DNA from: Paraspadella gotoi
Lineage: Eukaryota > Animalia > Chaetognatha
NCBI GenBank assembly: GCA_051294375.1
Contig: JBJCIZ010000239.1
Span: forward strand, 4,843,581-4,907,580
DNA length: 64,000 bases
Direction of reading: 5' to 3'
The translations under genes were made by a program, and so were the position numbers. Positions 24,769-39,970 of the stretch are shown one piece after another. Under the pieces are notes generated by a model. That model was not told the origin of the DNA, searched no databases, and was given only the letters and a program-made list of their open reading frames with translations. How positions within the stretch are numbered: position 1 is the first letter of the stretch; each line of letters starts with the position of its first letter.

Positions 24769-25524
24769 TGGAGGTAAGTTCCCCAGGAATCGCCATATTT
24801 TCTGGGCAAAGAGCTTTGCAGGAGTCAGTGGTAGATCTTTGCAGGAGCGACTTTTAATCTTTACAGCAATAAATGGTAATCTTTACAGGAGCCACTGTGA
24901 ATAATTCTGTGCTGTGGATTTGTGTTGGCCTCAAGAATTAAATTGAGTATTTTGATTTTTGTTTGCTCAATAAAGAGAAACGTGAATTGGTTGAAGGAAT
25001 AATGAATATTAAAATCTTTAAAGATAATCGTGGAAAAAATTTAATAAGCTTCGTAAAAAGTATGTGACGGAAAGTGACAAAAGTTTAAACTAGAAATAAT
25101 GTTTGATAAAATTTGGAGAAAGAAAATAGAGAGAGAGATTTACTAATGAGTTAATTATACAGAAGAGAGGATAATTAGTGAGAGGAAGAGCGGAGAATAA
25201 AAGGATGATATAAGATAGCAGAAGAGAAAAAAAGAAGAAAAGAAAAGGAAAATAAAAGGAAAAGAAAATAATAGAAAATATAAATAGTATGAAATAGAAT
25301 ATGATTGAAAAGAATAGAAGAAAAGTTACAGAAGAAAAGGGAAGAATAAGAAAGAAAAGAAAAGAAAAGAAAAGAAAAGAAAAGAAAAGAAAAGAAAAGA
25401 GAAAATAGTAGAGAAGGTGTGATGAATATAAGCGAAAGAGAAGGAAAGTTAGGGTCAGGAAAAAAATGGGAAAAAATGGGGCTTGAGGGTGAGTTTGAGC
25501 TGTCCGAAAATCCATTAGAGAGAG

Positions 25525-25598
<74 letters not shown>

Positions 25599-26278
25599 AA
25601 TGGATTTTCGGACAGCTTCAAACTCACCCTCAAACCCATTTTTTCCCATTTTTTTCCTGACCCTATATTTCCTTCTCTTTCGTTTATCATCACACCTCTC
25701 TACTATTTCTCTTCTCTCTTCTATTTTTTCTTCTTCTTTTTCTTTTCTTTTCTTTTCTTTTCTTTTCTTTTCTTTTCCTATTTTCCTTTTCTTTTCTTCT
25801 TTTTTCTCTATGCTGTCTTATATCATCCTTTTTATTCTCCGCTCTTCCTCTCACTAATTATTTCTCTCTTCTGTATGATTATAACTCTTAGTAAATCGCT
25901 CTCTTATTTTCTTCTCCGATAATTTATCAACATTTAATTCTAGGTTTAAACCTTTCTCACTTTCCCGTCACATACTTTTTTACGAAGCTTATTAAAATTT
26001 TTTTTCCACGATTATCTTTTTAAAGATTTTAATTATTCATTATTCCTTCAAACCAATTCCACGTTTCTCTTTATTGAACAAACAAAAATCAAAATACTCA
26101 ATTTAAATTCTTGAGGCCAACACAAATCCACAGTACAGGAATTATTCACAGTGGCTCTGTAAAGATCACCCATTTATTGCTGTAAAGATTAAAAGTCGCT
26201 CCTGCAAAGATTCTACCACTGACTCCTGCAAAGCTCTTTGCCCAGAAAATATGGCATTCCTGGGGGAACTTACCTCCA

Positions 26279-26328
<50 letters not shown>

Positions 26329-27758
26329 CTCCTCCTCTCTCTCTTACTCTCTCCGCGATGGGTATTTTCTCCAGGTGGTGGTCTCGTTCGTCTCTTCTGA
26401 TCGTCGTCGTCGTCGTCGTCGTTCTTCCATTTTTTCTCCTTTCCTGGTCTCCCTTCCCTCCTCCTCCCCTCCTCTCCTCCTGCCTCCTCCTCCTCCTCTT
26501 TCACACGTCCTCCATCTTTCTTCTTGTCATTCAACCTCCTTTCGTTTTTCTTCGCACGCGGCGAAAACCTTTGAACCGCGTCGTCGTCGTTCGTCGTCGT
26601 CGTCTTCATTCATCGTCGTCGTTCTTCGTTGTCATCGTTTATGGTCGTCGTCTCGTCTTTATGTCGTTTTCATCGTCTTCATCATCGTCGTCGTCTTCCA
26701 TTGTTCATCGTTATGGTTCGTCTTCTTCGACTTTGTCGTTTTATCGTCTTCATCATCGTCGTCTTTCTTCGTTGTCATTGTTATTTGGTCGTCGTTCTTC
26801 TCTTTTTCGTTTTCATCTCTTCATCGTCGTCGTCGTCTTCGTGTCAATCGTTTATGGTTCATCGTCTTCGTTGTTGTCGTTTTTTTGTCGATTTTAACGT
26901 CTTCTTACATTTTCGTCGTTTTTGTCATCGTCGTCGTTGTTGTAATCGATGTTTTTGTTTGTTGTGGTGTCTTCTTTCTTCGTTGACGTCTTTGTCGTCG
27001 TCATCGTTGTCATCATCTTCATCGTCTTTTCTTCGTGTCGTCGTTCGACGGTCGTCATACTATAGTCGGTCTTCTTCGTTATCATCGTTTTCGGTTCGTC
27101 GTTCTGTCATTCATCGTCGTTCTTCTACTCGGCCGTCGTTCCTTGCACCTCATATCACGAGGGTCTTGTTTGTTACGAATCTCGCGCCGTTTGCATGACA
27201 TCTGCCGTGCAGCTGCTGTGTATCTGCATGCGTTTACGGAAACGATTACTGTACAGTTTCCTTTTTTCTTTCTTTTTTTTTGCGATTTGTTTCTCATTTA
27301 TTGGTTTAGTTGTTTCAGAAATCCGTTTTGAATTAATACAGAAGACTTTTTAGATAATTATCCAAGGAAAATTGGCTGCGTTTTTTTTTCAGCTTATTGA
27401 TTGGAAGGATATTATGTATATTAGAAGCCGGACAAGCTTGTCAGAAAAGAAAAAAGCAACAGACAAAAAACGTCAAAACAAGAAAAAGCCTAATTTAAAC
27501 AGACGGAAACGGAAAAAAATAAAAAAACTTCCAAACTTCAACTAGAAAAAAAAATTCTCAAAAGTTGTAAAAAGTTAAAATCGTCACCCGGAAAAGTTTC
27601 AAATTGTCAAAATTAAAAGGAAAAAAAAATAATAAAAACAGAATAATCAAAGTAAAATTAGAAAAGAAAAAATTTCGTTCAAATATTCAAACACAGACTG
27701 ACGGATTTTTTTGACAACTTTTATCCGTTTACATCCACGGAGGGACCTCCTGTTCCAA

Positions 27759-27790
<32 letters not shown>

Positions 27791-27848
27791 TCTTTCTTCT
27801 CTCCTCTCCTCTCTCTCTCCTCTCTCTTCTCACACTCTCTCTCTCTCT

Positions 27849-27897
<49 letters not shown>

Positions 27898-28016
27898 ATC
27901 TATTCTTATCTATCTATCTATCTCTCTCTCCTCTTTCTTTTTCTCTCCCTGTTCATCTCTTTCCCTACCTGAAACTATATCATCATTTCCTCTCTCTCTC
28001 TCTCTCTCTTCTCTCT

Positions 28017-28068
<52 letters not shown>

Positions 28069-28080
28069 CTCTCCCTCACT
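20790..28080. repeat. Segment C present three times: forward ~20790-23291, reverse ~23317-25520, forward ~25526-28080. Contains (GTC/GAC)n-rich low-complexity DNA
   Basis: Shared unique anchors in all three copies (e.g. cccagaaaatatggc, cacctcatatcacgag). Turn-around points lie at (GA)n/(TC)n tracts and a 25-N gap. ~20830-21650 and ~25590-26410 appear identical. Confidence 0.9.
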
Positions 28081-30209
28081 CTCTCCCTCTCTCTTTTCTT
28101 CTACCCGACTAACATTATCATTCATTTTTTCTGGATACTTGGATTTTCCCGGCATCAACGCATCCTCCATCTTTCTCCTCTCCTCCCTCCTCCTCCTCCT
28201 AATTTCAACAGTAATTTTCTAATTTTTAGCCTAAAAAATTTCACTTCTAGTAATTCAGAAACCCGGCGTTACATTGTCCCGGTTAGTTACTGGCCCAAAA
28301 TTTTTTCATTCGATATTTTTTCATTTTTCGAACTCAAAAAACATCTTAAGTTTCAAAATCGTTTTAATTTTCAAACTAGGTATTTGTCTTTCGTTTAAGT
28401 CTTTTAAGCACAATTAATTAAGTTTTCATTCTTTAAAATTAAATAGCTTTTTTTTTTTAAAATTCTCTTGCGTTAATACTCATTCGTTTTTCGAAAACAC
28501 AATTTTAATTTTGGAGTTTTCTCACATTCAATCAACATTGTCTCCACTTTCAGATTAACGATTCTCAACGTGCTCCTTCCGCTTTCTTCACTTCGGACGA
28601 GGATTTAGGTTCTTCAACAAATTCGCTTCAGATTCTAGATAATTCCGCTTCGCCACTTTCGCCTTTTTCAATATTCTCTCGCTTCCGACTTTCGTTTCTT
28701 CAACATCGCTCAAGACTCTCACTAGCCATTTCTGGCTTTGAACTCGCTTTTTTTCCAACTATTCTCTACGCATCAAATTACGCTTCCTTATCGCTTTCAC
28801 CAATCTTCAGGGGATTTTCGCTTCGCACTTCAGCTATTTTCAATCTTTGGACTTTGAAAACTCTTGGAACTTAAACATCGCTACAGACTCACTACAAGCA
28901 TTTTCCGCTTCTCCACTTCCGCTTTTTTTCAATCTTCCATCCGCTTCTTCATCCCACCATGTGGAGGTCACGTTCCGTTGATCTTTTTTTTTTTCACCCT
29001 CGGAGGTGGCGTCGTATTTTTATCCCGGAGGCGTGACTGCGTTGCAAAAGCATTGATAATTGTGAGAGTTGGGGATGCATCGTTGTTGAAGAAATGATTA
29101 TTGTGAGATTTGTGATTGCAAATCGTTGTGAGAGATGATAATGTGTGTGAGTCGGTGATGCATCGTGTGAAAGATGATAATTTGTGAGAAATTGAGGATC
29201 ATCGCGTTGAGAAATTGATAATTTTGAGATGTTGAAATTGAATCACATGAGAGATGATAATTGGTGAGAGTTGGATAACCATCGCGTGAGAAATAATAAA
29301 TTGTTATGAGTTTGCCGATTGCATCCCGTGAGAGACGATAAACTGGCACAGTGTGAGATCAAATTATTGTGCTTGAACTACGATTGTGCCCATCTGAGGG
29401 TGTTTAGTTGCATTTAATTATTAAAGTAGTAATAGTTAAAATTGATCATTTTAGTGAAAGGTGATATTCGTAAAGGATCAGAATACAGAATACAGTCTGA
29501 TCGAAGCTCAGTGGACTGCTTCATAAGCAGTGCTATATATTGAACGGTTCTGTCATAATTACTGCTCTTTAATAGTTCATGAGTCAGACATGATAATTGT
29601 ATGCAGGTGTACAATAAAAATCTTCTGTCTTTCTGCTACCAAAAAAAAAAATCCTTGGCCTAAAAAATTAATTCAAATTTCCAGAATTAAAATTACTAAA
29701 TTTTCCCCCCTTTTTTTTTTCAAAAGTAATTATTCGAAGCGGCGATGTATATTTTTTTTTTAATAACGCGTAGTGGTTACTTTATTGAGTTCTTCCCTCC
29801 CCCGTGCCCCCCTTTCGCGGTCGAATTTTTTTTCTTCTGTTCTGTTTATTTTTTTTTCTTCCGCTTGTATGGCGTGACATGCCGAGGACGGCCCGAGAGA
29901 GAAGAAGATTTGCCTCTTTCTCCCGCGGGAGGGCTTTAGGGACGGGCGTTTAGGTGGGGCGGTGGGGGGGGCGGGGTGGAAATGGAGTTTGACGTGGGCG
30001 TGCCCTTGGCGATTGGCTGGAGATTTAGATGGGGGTTTGGGAAGTGACGTTATGGTGAGGGCTGGAGCGATGTGCTGGAGGTTGGGCGATGTTGTGGGGT
30101 GTGCGGAGTTAGGGAGATGGGACATGGAGTTATGAGATTGGGCCTAAAGTGATTTTAGTGATGTAGCAGTGACTGGCTGGTGATATTTGTGACGGCGGTC
30201 CGTGGATAT
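28080..30209. repeat. Inverted copy of segment A (1-2045)
   Basis: Reverse-complement match with a high indel rate. Confidence 0.9.
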
Positions 30210-30874
30210 TTGTAGCCGAGTGAAGACTCAAATGAAGAATATAGAGACGAGGAAGAACGAAGTATCTGCTGTGCGAAATTAGAGTCTGAACATTGAAAAG
30301 ATGTTATTTCGATGCTATATTTATACAGCGTGATTGCTTGACAAAAAATTCAATGGCCTGAGTAATGTTTGATCATTTTATGAATACGGTAGGAAAAATT
30401 ATGAAAGGCTGTCGTAAATTTTTTTCAATCTGAAAGTAAAGGCAATGAGGCGATTGAAATTACGGGGTCTGTCTATTCACCGATATTTCACTGCATTTAC
30501 TTATGCGCATCTTGCTTCGTAAAAGTAAATCGCCGTCAGAACATCCAAGAAGTAGACCCCGAGTTGAATTCTTTATTTCTAAATTTAAAAAAACATCGGC
30601 CGTCGTGCGTGAAAAGAGGCTAGGTGAGGAGGGGCTTCGCCTGGCGCACAGCGATGTCCTGCATCGCCGCGTCGTAGCGAAAGTTAATAATAAAGTGACA
30701 GTGTTTTGCGCTTCGGTCGTATTCCATGTGACGTTCGACCGTTCTTTCCTCTCTCTCTCTCCTCTCTCTCTCCTCTCTGCTCTCTCTCTCTCTCTCTCTC
30801 CGGCGTCTTCCTTCTCTCTCTCTTTATGGACTTATCTCTTCTTGGGGGTNNNNNNNNNNNNNNNNNNNNNNNNN

Positions 30875-33016
30875 GAGAAAGAGAGAGAGGAAATTCGTGA
30901 ATGGCTGAAGCGTTTTTACAAAAAAAGTGTGAAAAAAAGAGAAAATTAAAAATTTCTCAATATTTTTCTTTTCAAAATTAAAATTCAACGCGAAGGAAAC
31001 TTCACTTTTTCACAAACACATTCAAAAAATTAAAATTAAAAATTTGCTTTTTTTGACTTATGTTTTAAGACACACAAAACGTGCGCTAATCGAGAGGGAG
31101 ATCCAACACACTTCGGAAAATGTTTAAAAGATCTTTTAAAACGATAAAAAATTAATATCTTGACTTTGAATTTGGTGTTAATGTGCAATAGTTTAACTGT
31201 ACTATGTTTGAGGAATTAAATTGTTAAAACCATACCTCTTAAAGTTATACAATAAAAAAAGAAGAAGAAGGAAACTACAAGCTTTCAATCAAGACTATAT
31301 TAATTATATTAATATTAATTATATTATATTAATTCAGTATTATATTCATTCCTGATATTATTGATAGTAGGAGCATTTAATTTTGCATAAATTTGTAGTA
31401 AATTTAAATATTAACAAACATACGTGAACGATGATGACGAGTGAGAGAGAAGTTCGAAAAAACTTGGGTGAGATTTTCTTTGCTTCAGACGAAAGTCTGA
31501 AGACGAGGAACGCGAGATTCTGTTTAGTACTCGATTCATCACTGAGAGAGAGACGAAGAGGGGGAGAGAGAGAGACGAGAGAGAGAGAGAGCAGAGAGAG
31601 AGAAGAGAGAGAGAGAGAGAAGAGAGGTCGTGAAAATGAAATAGTAAAGAAAGAAGCTGAAGAATGCGGAAGCGATAATACGTCAGAGAGAGAGAGAGAG
31701 AGAGACAGAGACAGAGCGAAAAGAAAGCAAGAAAGAGCTTTGGGAGATTGAGTCACACAACTTGAACGGTCAACGGCAAAACGAGTCTCGTAGATTTATT
31801 ATTCTCAGTCGCGAGAGGTGTTTCATTGATGGAAAGGAAAAACACTGTGGGGAGACGGACGAACTCGGGACGTTGCACAGTAATTTTATGAGGCTAAAAT
31901 CTTGAAACATTTTTCTATTTCAACGTGGGTGATTTGAAACATACGGCCCTTACAAATGAATGGATAATTTGTATTATAGTTGTGCCAGTCTACTTACTAC
32001 TCTTTGTAGAGTCTTTGTTGTTGTTGTTGTAGAAATGCATTCGCCATAATTGCTAACATATTTCCAAAGAACAACACGAACGTTCCCCTCCCTCCAAAAA
32101 AATTAAATATTAAAATAAATGAATAAAAGTAAATAAATAAAACAGTGGTATTTTAAATATTATTATTTATTTTAAAATCTAAAAAGGAATCTGACCTTTT
32201 TTTTCCGCCTTTTTACAAAACATTTTATATACAAAAGGAAAAAAAAGAATGTATATTGTTTTTAATTCTTTGAAACAACGACGACTATCACTACGAAGAA
32301 GATGACGACGACGACAACGAAGATGATGATGCCGACGATGACAACGACGACGAAAACCAGGACGACAACAAAGATGATAATGATGACGATAACGACGACG
32401 ACGACGACGACGACGACGACGTCCCTCTCGGAAAAGACCAACGGTTTCGTTCTGAAGGGAAAAAAAAGTGGCTCCGCGAAAATGGAAAGAATGAAAGGCG
32501 GTAGTGAATGAGGAAAACTGGCGAAGATTGAAAAAAAAGAAAAGGGAAAAAATGGGAGGAAAGAAAAAAGGAAAGTGGAGGAAAGGAGAGAGAGGAGAGT
32601 GGAGGAAAGAAGAGAAAGGAAAATGGAGGAAAGAAGGAAAAGGGGAGAGTGGAGGAAATGAAAGGAAAGTGGAGGAAAGGAAAGAAAGGAGAGTGGAGGA
32701 AAGGAGAGAAAGGAGAGAGTAGGAAAAGTAAGGAAAGTGGAGAAAAGGAAGGAAAGGAGACTGGAGAAAAAGAAAAAAAGTAGAGGAAAGGAGAGTGGAG
32801 GAAAGAAAGGAAAGGGTAGATTGGAGAAAAAGAAAGGAAAGTGGAGGAAGGGAGAAAAAAGAGAGTGGAGGAAAGGAGGAAAGGAGAGTAGAGGAAACGA
32901 AAGGAGAGTGGAGGAAAGGGGAGAAAGTAGGAAAGTGGAGGAAAATAAAGGAAAGGATAGCGAAGAAAAGAGAGGGAGGAGAGTGGAGAAAAAGAGAAAG
33001 GGGAGTGGAGGAACAA

Positions 33017-33064
<48 letters not shown>

Positions 33065-33068
33065 ACGA

Positions 33069-33100
<32 letters not shown>

Positions 33101-33515
33101 AAAAAAGAAAAAAAAAAGATAAGATCTTAAACAAAAATCCCAAACTCGACCCCCTACAAAAAAAACTAATACTCCAATACTCTAATACACTACTCCACTA
33201 ATACCATAATACTCAAATGCTCTACCTCCCACTCTACGAGGCAGAAACACGAGGCGCCTTTTATAAACTACGCGCAAGTTTCTCTGCCGAGCCGCGCCGC
33301 GCCGCGCCGCTCGTCGCTTGGCGCCGCTTCGGGTCAAAAATGGCCTCCGCAATTAGGATCACAAAAAGATTCCCCTCTTTCTTTTCTTTCTTTTCTTTCT
33401 TTTCTTTCTTTTCTTCTTTCTCTATTTTTTTGTTGCGGGGGGAATGACGGGCTGAATGGGAGGAAGAGAAAGACAGAAATAAAGATGCTGAAAAACGAAA
33501 GAGAGAGAGAGAGAG

Positions 33516-33600
<85 letters not shown>

Positions 33601-34539
33601 AGTGGGGAAAGCGAAGTCGTATGAAAAGCATAGAACCAGTTAAGAAATCGAGTCTGTATAATCGATATGGAAAATCTCTCTTTAAAATAATTCTGAGAGA
33701 AAAGTCAGAAATGAATTTTTTTACTGATGTATGAGATTTATTGTTAATGTGGTGACCTTAAATTCGATCTTATGTATTATGCAATGATGAAAATTGAACA
33801 GTTACTTGTTTCACTATGTTTGTTTAGATTTTAATAGGTTTATTTTCTATGATTTTGTTTATTGTGTTAAATTATTTGAGATTTATTAATAATCTAAATC
33901 TTTACGTTACCGTTGTTTTTCTAATTAAAGTGATGTTGTTTTAATAGTTATTTTATTATTTATTTTATTCTATTTGTTAATGTATTTGTAGTTGGTGTTT
34001 TTGTTGTTGTTAATTCGCTATCGCTTTTACTTAATCTGTTTATGCTGTTGTTATCGTTGTTATTCTCACAGTTATTTTGTTATTGTTATTGTTTTATTTT
34101 CTTTGTTTTAGTTGTTTTTTAGATGTTTTTGTTGTTGTTGTTGTTATTTCGCCGCCGACGAGTCTAACGTCAAAATGTTTCCTCGAGTCTAATTTCTCTG
34201 CTCAATGGATTCTTTGGCGTTGGGCTGAGGCCAAGGAACCCAAGAAGGAGGGGGGAAGGGTTGGGGCAAAAGGGAGAGTTGTGAAGGGAGGGAAAGATAA
34301 GATAAGATAAGATAAGATAAGATAAGATAAGATAAGATAAGATAAGGAAAAAGAGAAAAAAAGGGAGAAAGAAAAAAAATGAAAGAAAGAAAAAAAAATA
34401 GAGAGAAAAGGAAAGAAAAAAAAAGGAAAGAAAGGAAGAGAAAAAAAGGGAGAGAGAAAAGAATTAAGGAAAAGAAGGAGAACGCGATAGGAAGAGTTAA
34501 GGGAAAGAGAGAGGAGAGAGGAAAGGGAGGTAGGAGAAG

Positions 34540-34602
<63 letters not shown>

Positions 34603-35926
34603 AGGAAAGAAAAGAAATCAGAGAAAGAAAGAAGGAAAGAGAAAGTAGGAAAGAAAGAAAGAAAAAAAAGAAAGAAAAAAAGAAAGACAAAAAAGAAGAA
34701 CAAGAAGAAAAAAGCAGGAAGAAAAAAAAGTGAAAAAAAGAGAGGGACGATTAGGAAAGACAAAAGAAAAATGGCATCCTGGTGATGGGAGTAAGCAAAA
34801 TGTCCATTAGCTATACAGTCGGTAGTATGAATGTATGTTTTTATATATATAACTTCGGTGAGTGAAAAGAATTATTAATAGGAAATAGAGAGAACGAAAA
34901 AAAAAGAAACAAAATGAAACATAGGAGAGACTAAGTCTATAGCACAAAAAGAAAAAAAGAAGAAAAAAAATTAGAGAATGTAAAAGAGAAAGAAAGAGAG
35001 AGAGAGAGAGAAAGAGAGTGTTTAAAAGGACTGTAAAACTTTAGCGAGTGAGAGGACGGTCGAGAATGTTGTAAAAAGTCTTTTTCTTTAACAAACTGAT
35101 GATGTCTAAGAAAACTTGTTTGACGACGACCAGAAAGACTCCGAGACCGAGGAAAATATAGAAGAAAAGGAAAGGAGAAAAGGAAAGGAAAAGGAGGTAA
35201 AGAAGAAAAGAAAAAAATAAGAAAAGAAAGAAATGATGAAAAGAAAAGAAAAGAAAAACCAAAACCAAAACTCAATCAAATTATGAGAAAAAAAAAACAG
35301 AAAAAAAAGCTAAACGACCGAAAACAAAATCTTTGCTCATTGAATGGAAATCGCCGTGAAATGGAGGAAAGAAAAAAGAAGGAAAGAAAAAAGGAGAAAA
35401 GAAATGAAGAGAAAAAAGGAAAGAAAAAAGGAAGAATGAAAAAAGGAAGAAAGAAATGAAAAGAAAAAAAGAGGGAAAGAAAATAGGAGAAAAAAGGAGG
35501 ACAAAATGAAGAGAAAAAAGAAAAAAAAAGGAGGAAAGAAAAAAGGAGGAAAAAATGAAGACAAAAAAATAAGGAAAGAAAAAAGAAGGAAAGAAATGAA
35601 AAGAAAAAAGAAGGAAAGAAAAAAGGAAGAAAGAAAAAAGAAGGAAAGAAAATAGGAGAAAAAAATAAGAAAAGACATGAAAAAAGAAGAAAAAAAAGGA
35701 GGAAAGAAATGAAGAGAAAAAAAGAAGGAAAGAAAAAAGGAGGAAAGAAATAAAGAGAAAAAAAGGAAAGATAAAAGGAGGAAAGAAAAAATGAAGAAAG
35801 AAAAAAGGAGGAAAGAAAAAATGAAGAAAGAAATGAAGAAAAAAAAAGGAAAAAATAAAACAAAAGAAAAATTGGGGAAAAAAAAGTAAATAAGAAAGGA
35901 GGAAAAATTGTATAAACAAGATGGAA

Positions 35927-35970
<44 letters not shown>

Positions 35971-35998
35971 AAGTTGTGAATCAAAGTGTGAAGGACGT
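30875..35998. repeat. Inverted copy of segment B (15627-20790), lacking the LTR element
   Basis: Reverse-complement match. It continues into unique host DNA past 35998 instead of into the LTR. Confidence 0.9.
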
Positions 35999-36392
35999 CA
36001 AGCATTTTTTTTCACTCCTATGTTTCCTTCATTTTTTTTTTTTTAGACTTCGCCACTTTGAAAGAAGAAAAAATGTTTTAGGTAGTAAGAAATGCGGCTT
36101 GGCTCTCTTCTTTAAACTGTTGACGTGCTTTCTGTGATTTTCTTTTATTGTATCTTTTGGTCTTTTTTTTCATCTCGTCTCATTCTCATTAAAATATAGG
36201 GTTAGAAATTAGTTTTTGGTCCAAAAAAAAAATCGTTTTACTCCAGTTTGTTATTTACGCAATCGTATTGTTCTATCGTCTAACCTTTAAACTGTTTAAG
36301 AAGTCACATATTTTTGTTCTGAGTCAAACGGATCTACATATTTGTGAACATTGCGACACACATCTGGGGAACAACTTTCTTTCTTTTTTTTT

Positions 36393-36491
<99 letters not shown>

Positions 36492-36809
36492 TTCTCTCCG
36501 CTTTGCTAAGAGTCGAAGTCATTAGGCGAAAAAAAGTACTTCCCTTTCCATTTTCTCCCGTCCATTTTTCAACGCATACATATCACTGTTCTCTCTTCTC
36601 TCTCTCTCTCTCTCTCTCGTCGTTCTCTCTCTCTCTTCGTCTCTCTTCTCATCTCTGTTTCCTTTTTCTTTAACTAAAGCTTAAAACTGACTGCCCTTGA
36701 CATCCGCGGTTAGGCTCTACCATCCAAGAAGCCCCATTCAAAATTCCAGAGAGAGGACGAGAGAGAGAGAGAGAGGACGAGAGAGATGAGAGAGAGAGAG
36801 AGAGAGGAG

Positions 36810-37400
36810 GAAAATTTTCTTACGGAAGTTTTAAAACAAATAACAGTTATTTTTACCTTATTTTACCTTACTTTCAGTTTTTAATATGAAGAAAAAATAT
36901 CGTTTACTTACTAATTTATTTAAATTTTTTAACAATTATTTAATTTTTTTTTTTCTGCTTTTTCGTATTCTTATTTTTCTTATTTCTGTTCGTTTGATTT
37001 CTTATTGGAAAAGGATCGGCAAGGCACGGATTACGCCCTCAGTTGATTTACTCTTCAAGGATTGAAGTTACTTACTTCATTCATTCGTTCATATCGTTCA
37101 TTCGTTCATTCATTCATTATTTCATTTCACAGTTATTCACAAGGACGATCATCTAATTTATTTATTAATTATTATTATTATTATTATTAATTATTATTAT
37201 TATTATTATTATATTATTATTTATATCTATTATTAATTATTATTATTATTAATAATTATTATTTATTTATTATTTTATAATTTTATAATTTCATTTATAA
37301 ATTTTTGTTTTCGTCGGAGTGTTTTAAACATAAGCAGTCTGGCTGAAAAGAGAGAAAGGCGGTTGAAGCTTTCGTTTTATCTCTCCTCTCTCTCTCTCTC

Positions 37401-37435
<35 letters not shown>

Positions 37436-38636
37436 GTGTCTCGTCTATCTGCTCTTCTCTAAATCTCTCTCTCGGTCCTCCATTTTCTTGCCATTCCTAT
37501 GCGGCGCAAAATGTCAAATTCAGTCCGAGAGATGAAAATTTTTTCTCGAATTTTCTTTCTATCTTGTTTTAGTTGAATCTTCTTTTGGATTTCAATGTTT
37601 ATCGCTTAACTTAAAATTCAGTTGAAATAAAATTTCACTTGCGGTGATAAACAACTTCAGTCCACTTGTATTTGAACATATAATCGTCGAGAAATTTCGA
37701 AATGAGAAAATATCAATCACACTTATTCTCAGTTTCAATTCTAAAATATTCTCACCCGTTATCGGTTCAAATGTAATACCTCTCCGCTAGTCTTTAAGTT
37801 TTTTTGGTTGTAATCACTCTTGCTTTTTTTTCCCCGCGCGAATTAAATTTTCCAGATGAAAACTCGATGTACAAATTTCTGGCTTTCATGTTTTTCGGAC
37901 ATAAAGAATCGAATGAGAGGGAGAAAATATTAAAAAAAAATATTAAGAGGAAAACTGAAGAAATATTAAGAAAAAAAGAAAATAAAAATAAAAAAAAAGG
38001 CTATAATTTCCAGCGACGGGACCGCAGTTTGCTTTATGGCGCAATAATATTANNNNNNNNNNGAGAGAAATATTTCTTACGGAAGTTTAAAACAAATAAC
38101 AGTTATTTTACCTTATTTTACCTTACTTTCAGTTTTTAATGAAGAAAAAATATCGTTTATTACTAATTATTTAACATTTTGGTTGGTCGCTATCATCCAA
38201 ATTATTTTTATTATTTTCTTTTAGTTTATTTCTTGTTATTGAAAAGGATCGTGCAGACACGGATTACGCCCTCAGTTGATTTACTTTCAAGGATTGATAT
38301 TTGGATAAAATTGGTTAACGGCGATTGAGTTAGTAATAAACTTTTGTTGAACATTTTGATATTTGATTTTAACTCATATTGATGAAGCTTGTCATTATCT
38401 TGTAAGAGTGATGGAGGCCTTAAACCACCAAAGCCTGTCCAAAGTCAGGGCAAGATAGCTTGTTTTATAAATCAATGGAAAATTTTTATATTGGTCGTAC
38501 CAATTTCATAACATTTAACTAATATCAGCAGGAAATTCAAGCTCAAATATATACTGTTAAAAATCCATCAATGACGTTCATGCGAGAGAATCGTTTTTCG
38601 TAAATCCCTTATCTCACTTTCTCGTTTTATTACAGA

Positions 38637-38730
<94 letters not shown>

Positions 38731-39300
38731 CCCATGGTTATTACTTTAATATTATTGCGCCATAAAGCAAACTGCGGTCCCGTCGCTGGAAATTATAGCC
38801 TTTTTTTTTATTTTTATTTCTTTTTTTTCTTAATATTTCTTCAGTTTTCCTCTTAATATTTTTTTTTAATATTTTCTCCCTCTCATTCGATTCTTTATGT
38901 CCGAAAACATGAAAGCCAGAAATTTGTACATCGAGTTTTCATCTGGAAAATTTAATTCGCGCGGGGAAAAAAAGAAGAGTGATTACAACCAAAAAAACTT
39001 AAAGACAGCGGAGAGTGTTATTACATTTGAACCCGATAACGGGTGAGAATATTTTAGAATTGAAACTGAGAATAAGTGTGATTGATATTTTCTCATTTCG
39101 AAATTTCTCGACGATTATATGTTCAAATACAAGTGGACTGAAGTTGTTTATCACCGCAATGAAATTTTATTTCAACGAATTTTAAGTTAAGGATAAACAT
39201 TGAAATCCAAAAGAAGATTCAACTAAAACAAGATAGAAAGAAAATTCGAGAAAAATTTTCATCTCTCGGACTGAATTTGACATTTTGCGCCGTGGAATGG
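36810..39300. repeat. Local duplications: ~36810-37065 direct with ~38065-38296; ~37495-38052 inverted with ~38750-39295; (ATT)n ~37160-37275; (CT)n 38641-38728
   Basis: Direct sequence comparison. The copies flank a 10-N gap. Confidence 0.85.
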
Positions 39301-39304
39301 AAGA

Positions 39305-39345
<41 letters not shown>

Positions 39346-39970
39346 CCATACCGATGACTATCCCCTATGCGATGAGGGACCTCAGCATTAGTCACGAAGC
39401 TCCTGTATAAGATATGCCTCCGCTTCATCGCGGTGCTTGCCTCAACTCGTTAAGTTTCTGTTCCTGACTATCTATACTTTCCCCAATTCATGCTGATAAC
39501 TGATAGTACCTCGCTCGACTTCGATAAGCACGGCGCTGAGTCGAGAGTGAGAGAGAGAGAGACACGTGAGCTCAAAACGAACTATATATCACGCTCAAAA
39601 TTGAGTGTTCACTTATAGTTGCGAGCTACGATCTCATGGTTTAAAACACTCGTATCAATAAATATATCTCATCCACACATGATAATATACCCTTCACCGA
39701 AATATGAATGCTATCCTTACTGGAAATATTCACTCTCCGTGACATAGTGCACAAATTGCAATATCAGTAGTACTACTCAATGGACTCTATATCAATAATA
39801 TCTCGCTCTTTNNNNNNNNNNNNNNNNNNNNNNNNNTATCCAAACTTACAAAACATAAACATAGATTCGAAGAAACAAGATCGACATTGTTTTTTTCGAT
39901 CTCGCTTTCCGCTCGGCCACGCCAACTCTCACTCTTTCTTTCCGCCAATTTGTGTTTTTTTTTTCTTTCT

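Noticed and set aside
21477-27331. Poly-D/T/R/V/S ORFs, e.g. the acidic ORF 23891-24334
   Set aside because: Derived from (GAC/GTC)n low-complexity DNA; the three copies disagree in frame.
39343-39810. Unique-looking sequence before a 25-N gap
   Set aside because: No ORF or motif; its position suggests a low-quality read end.
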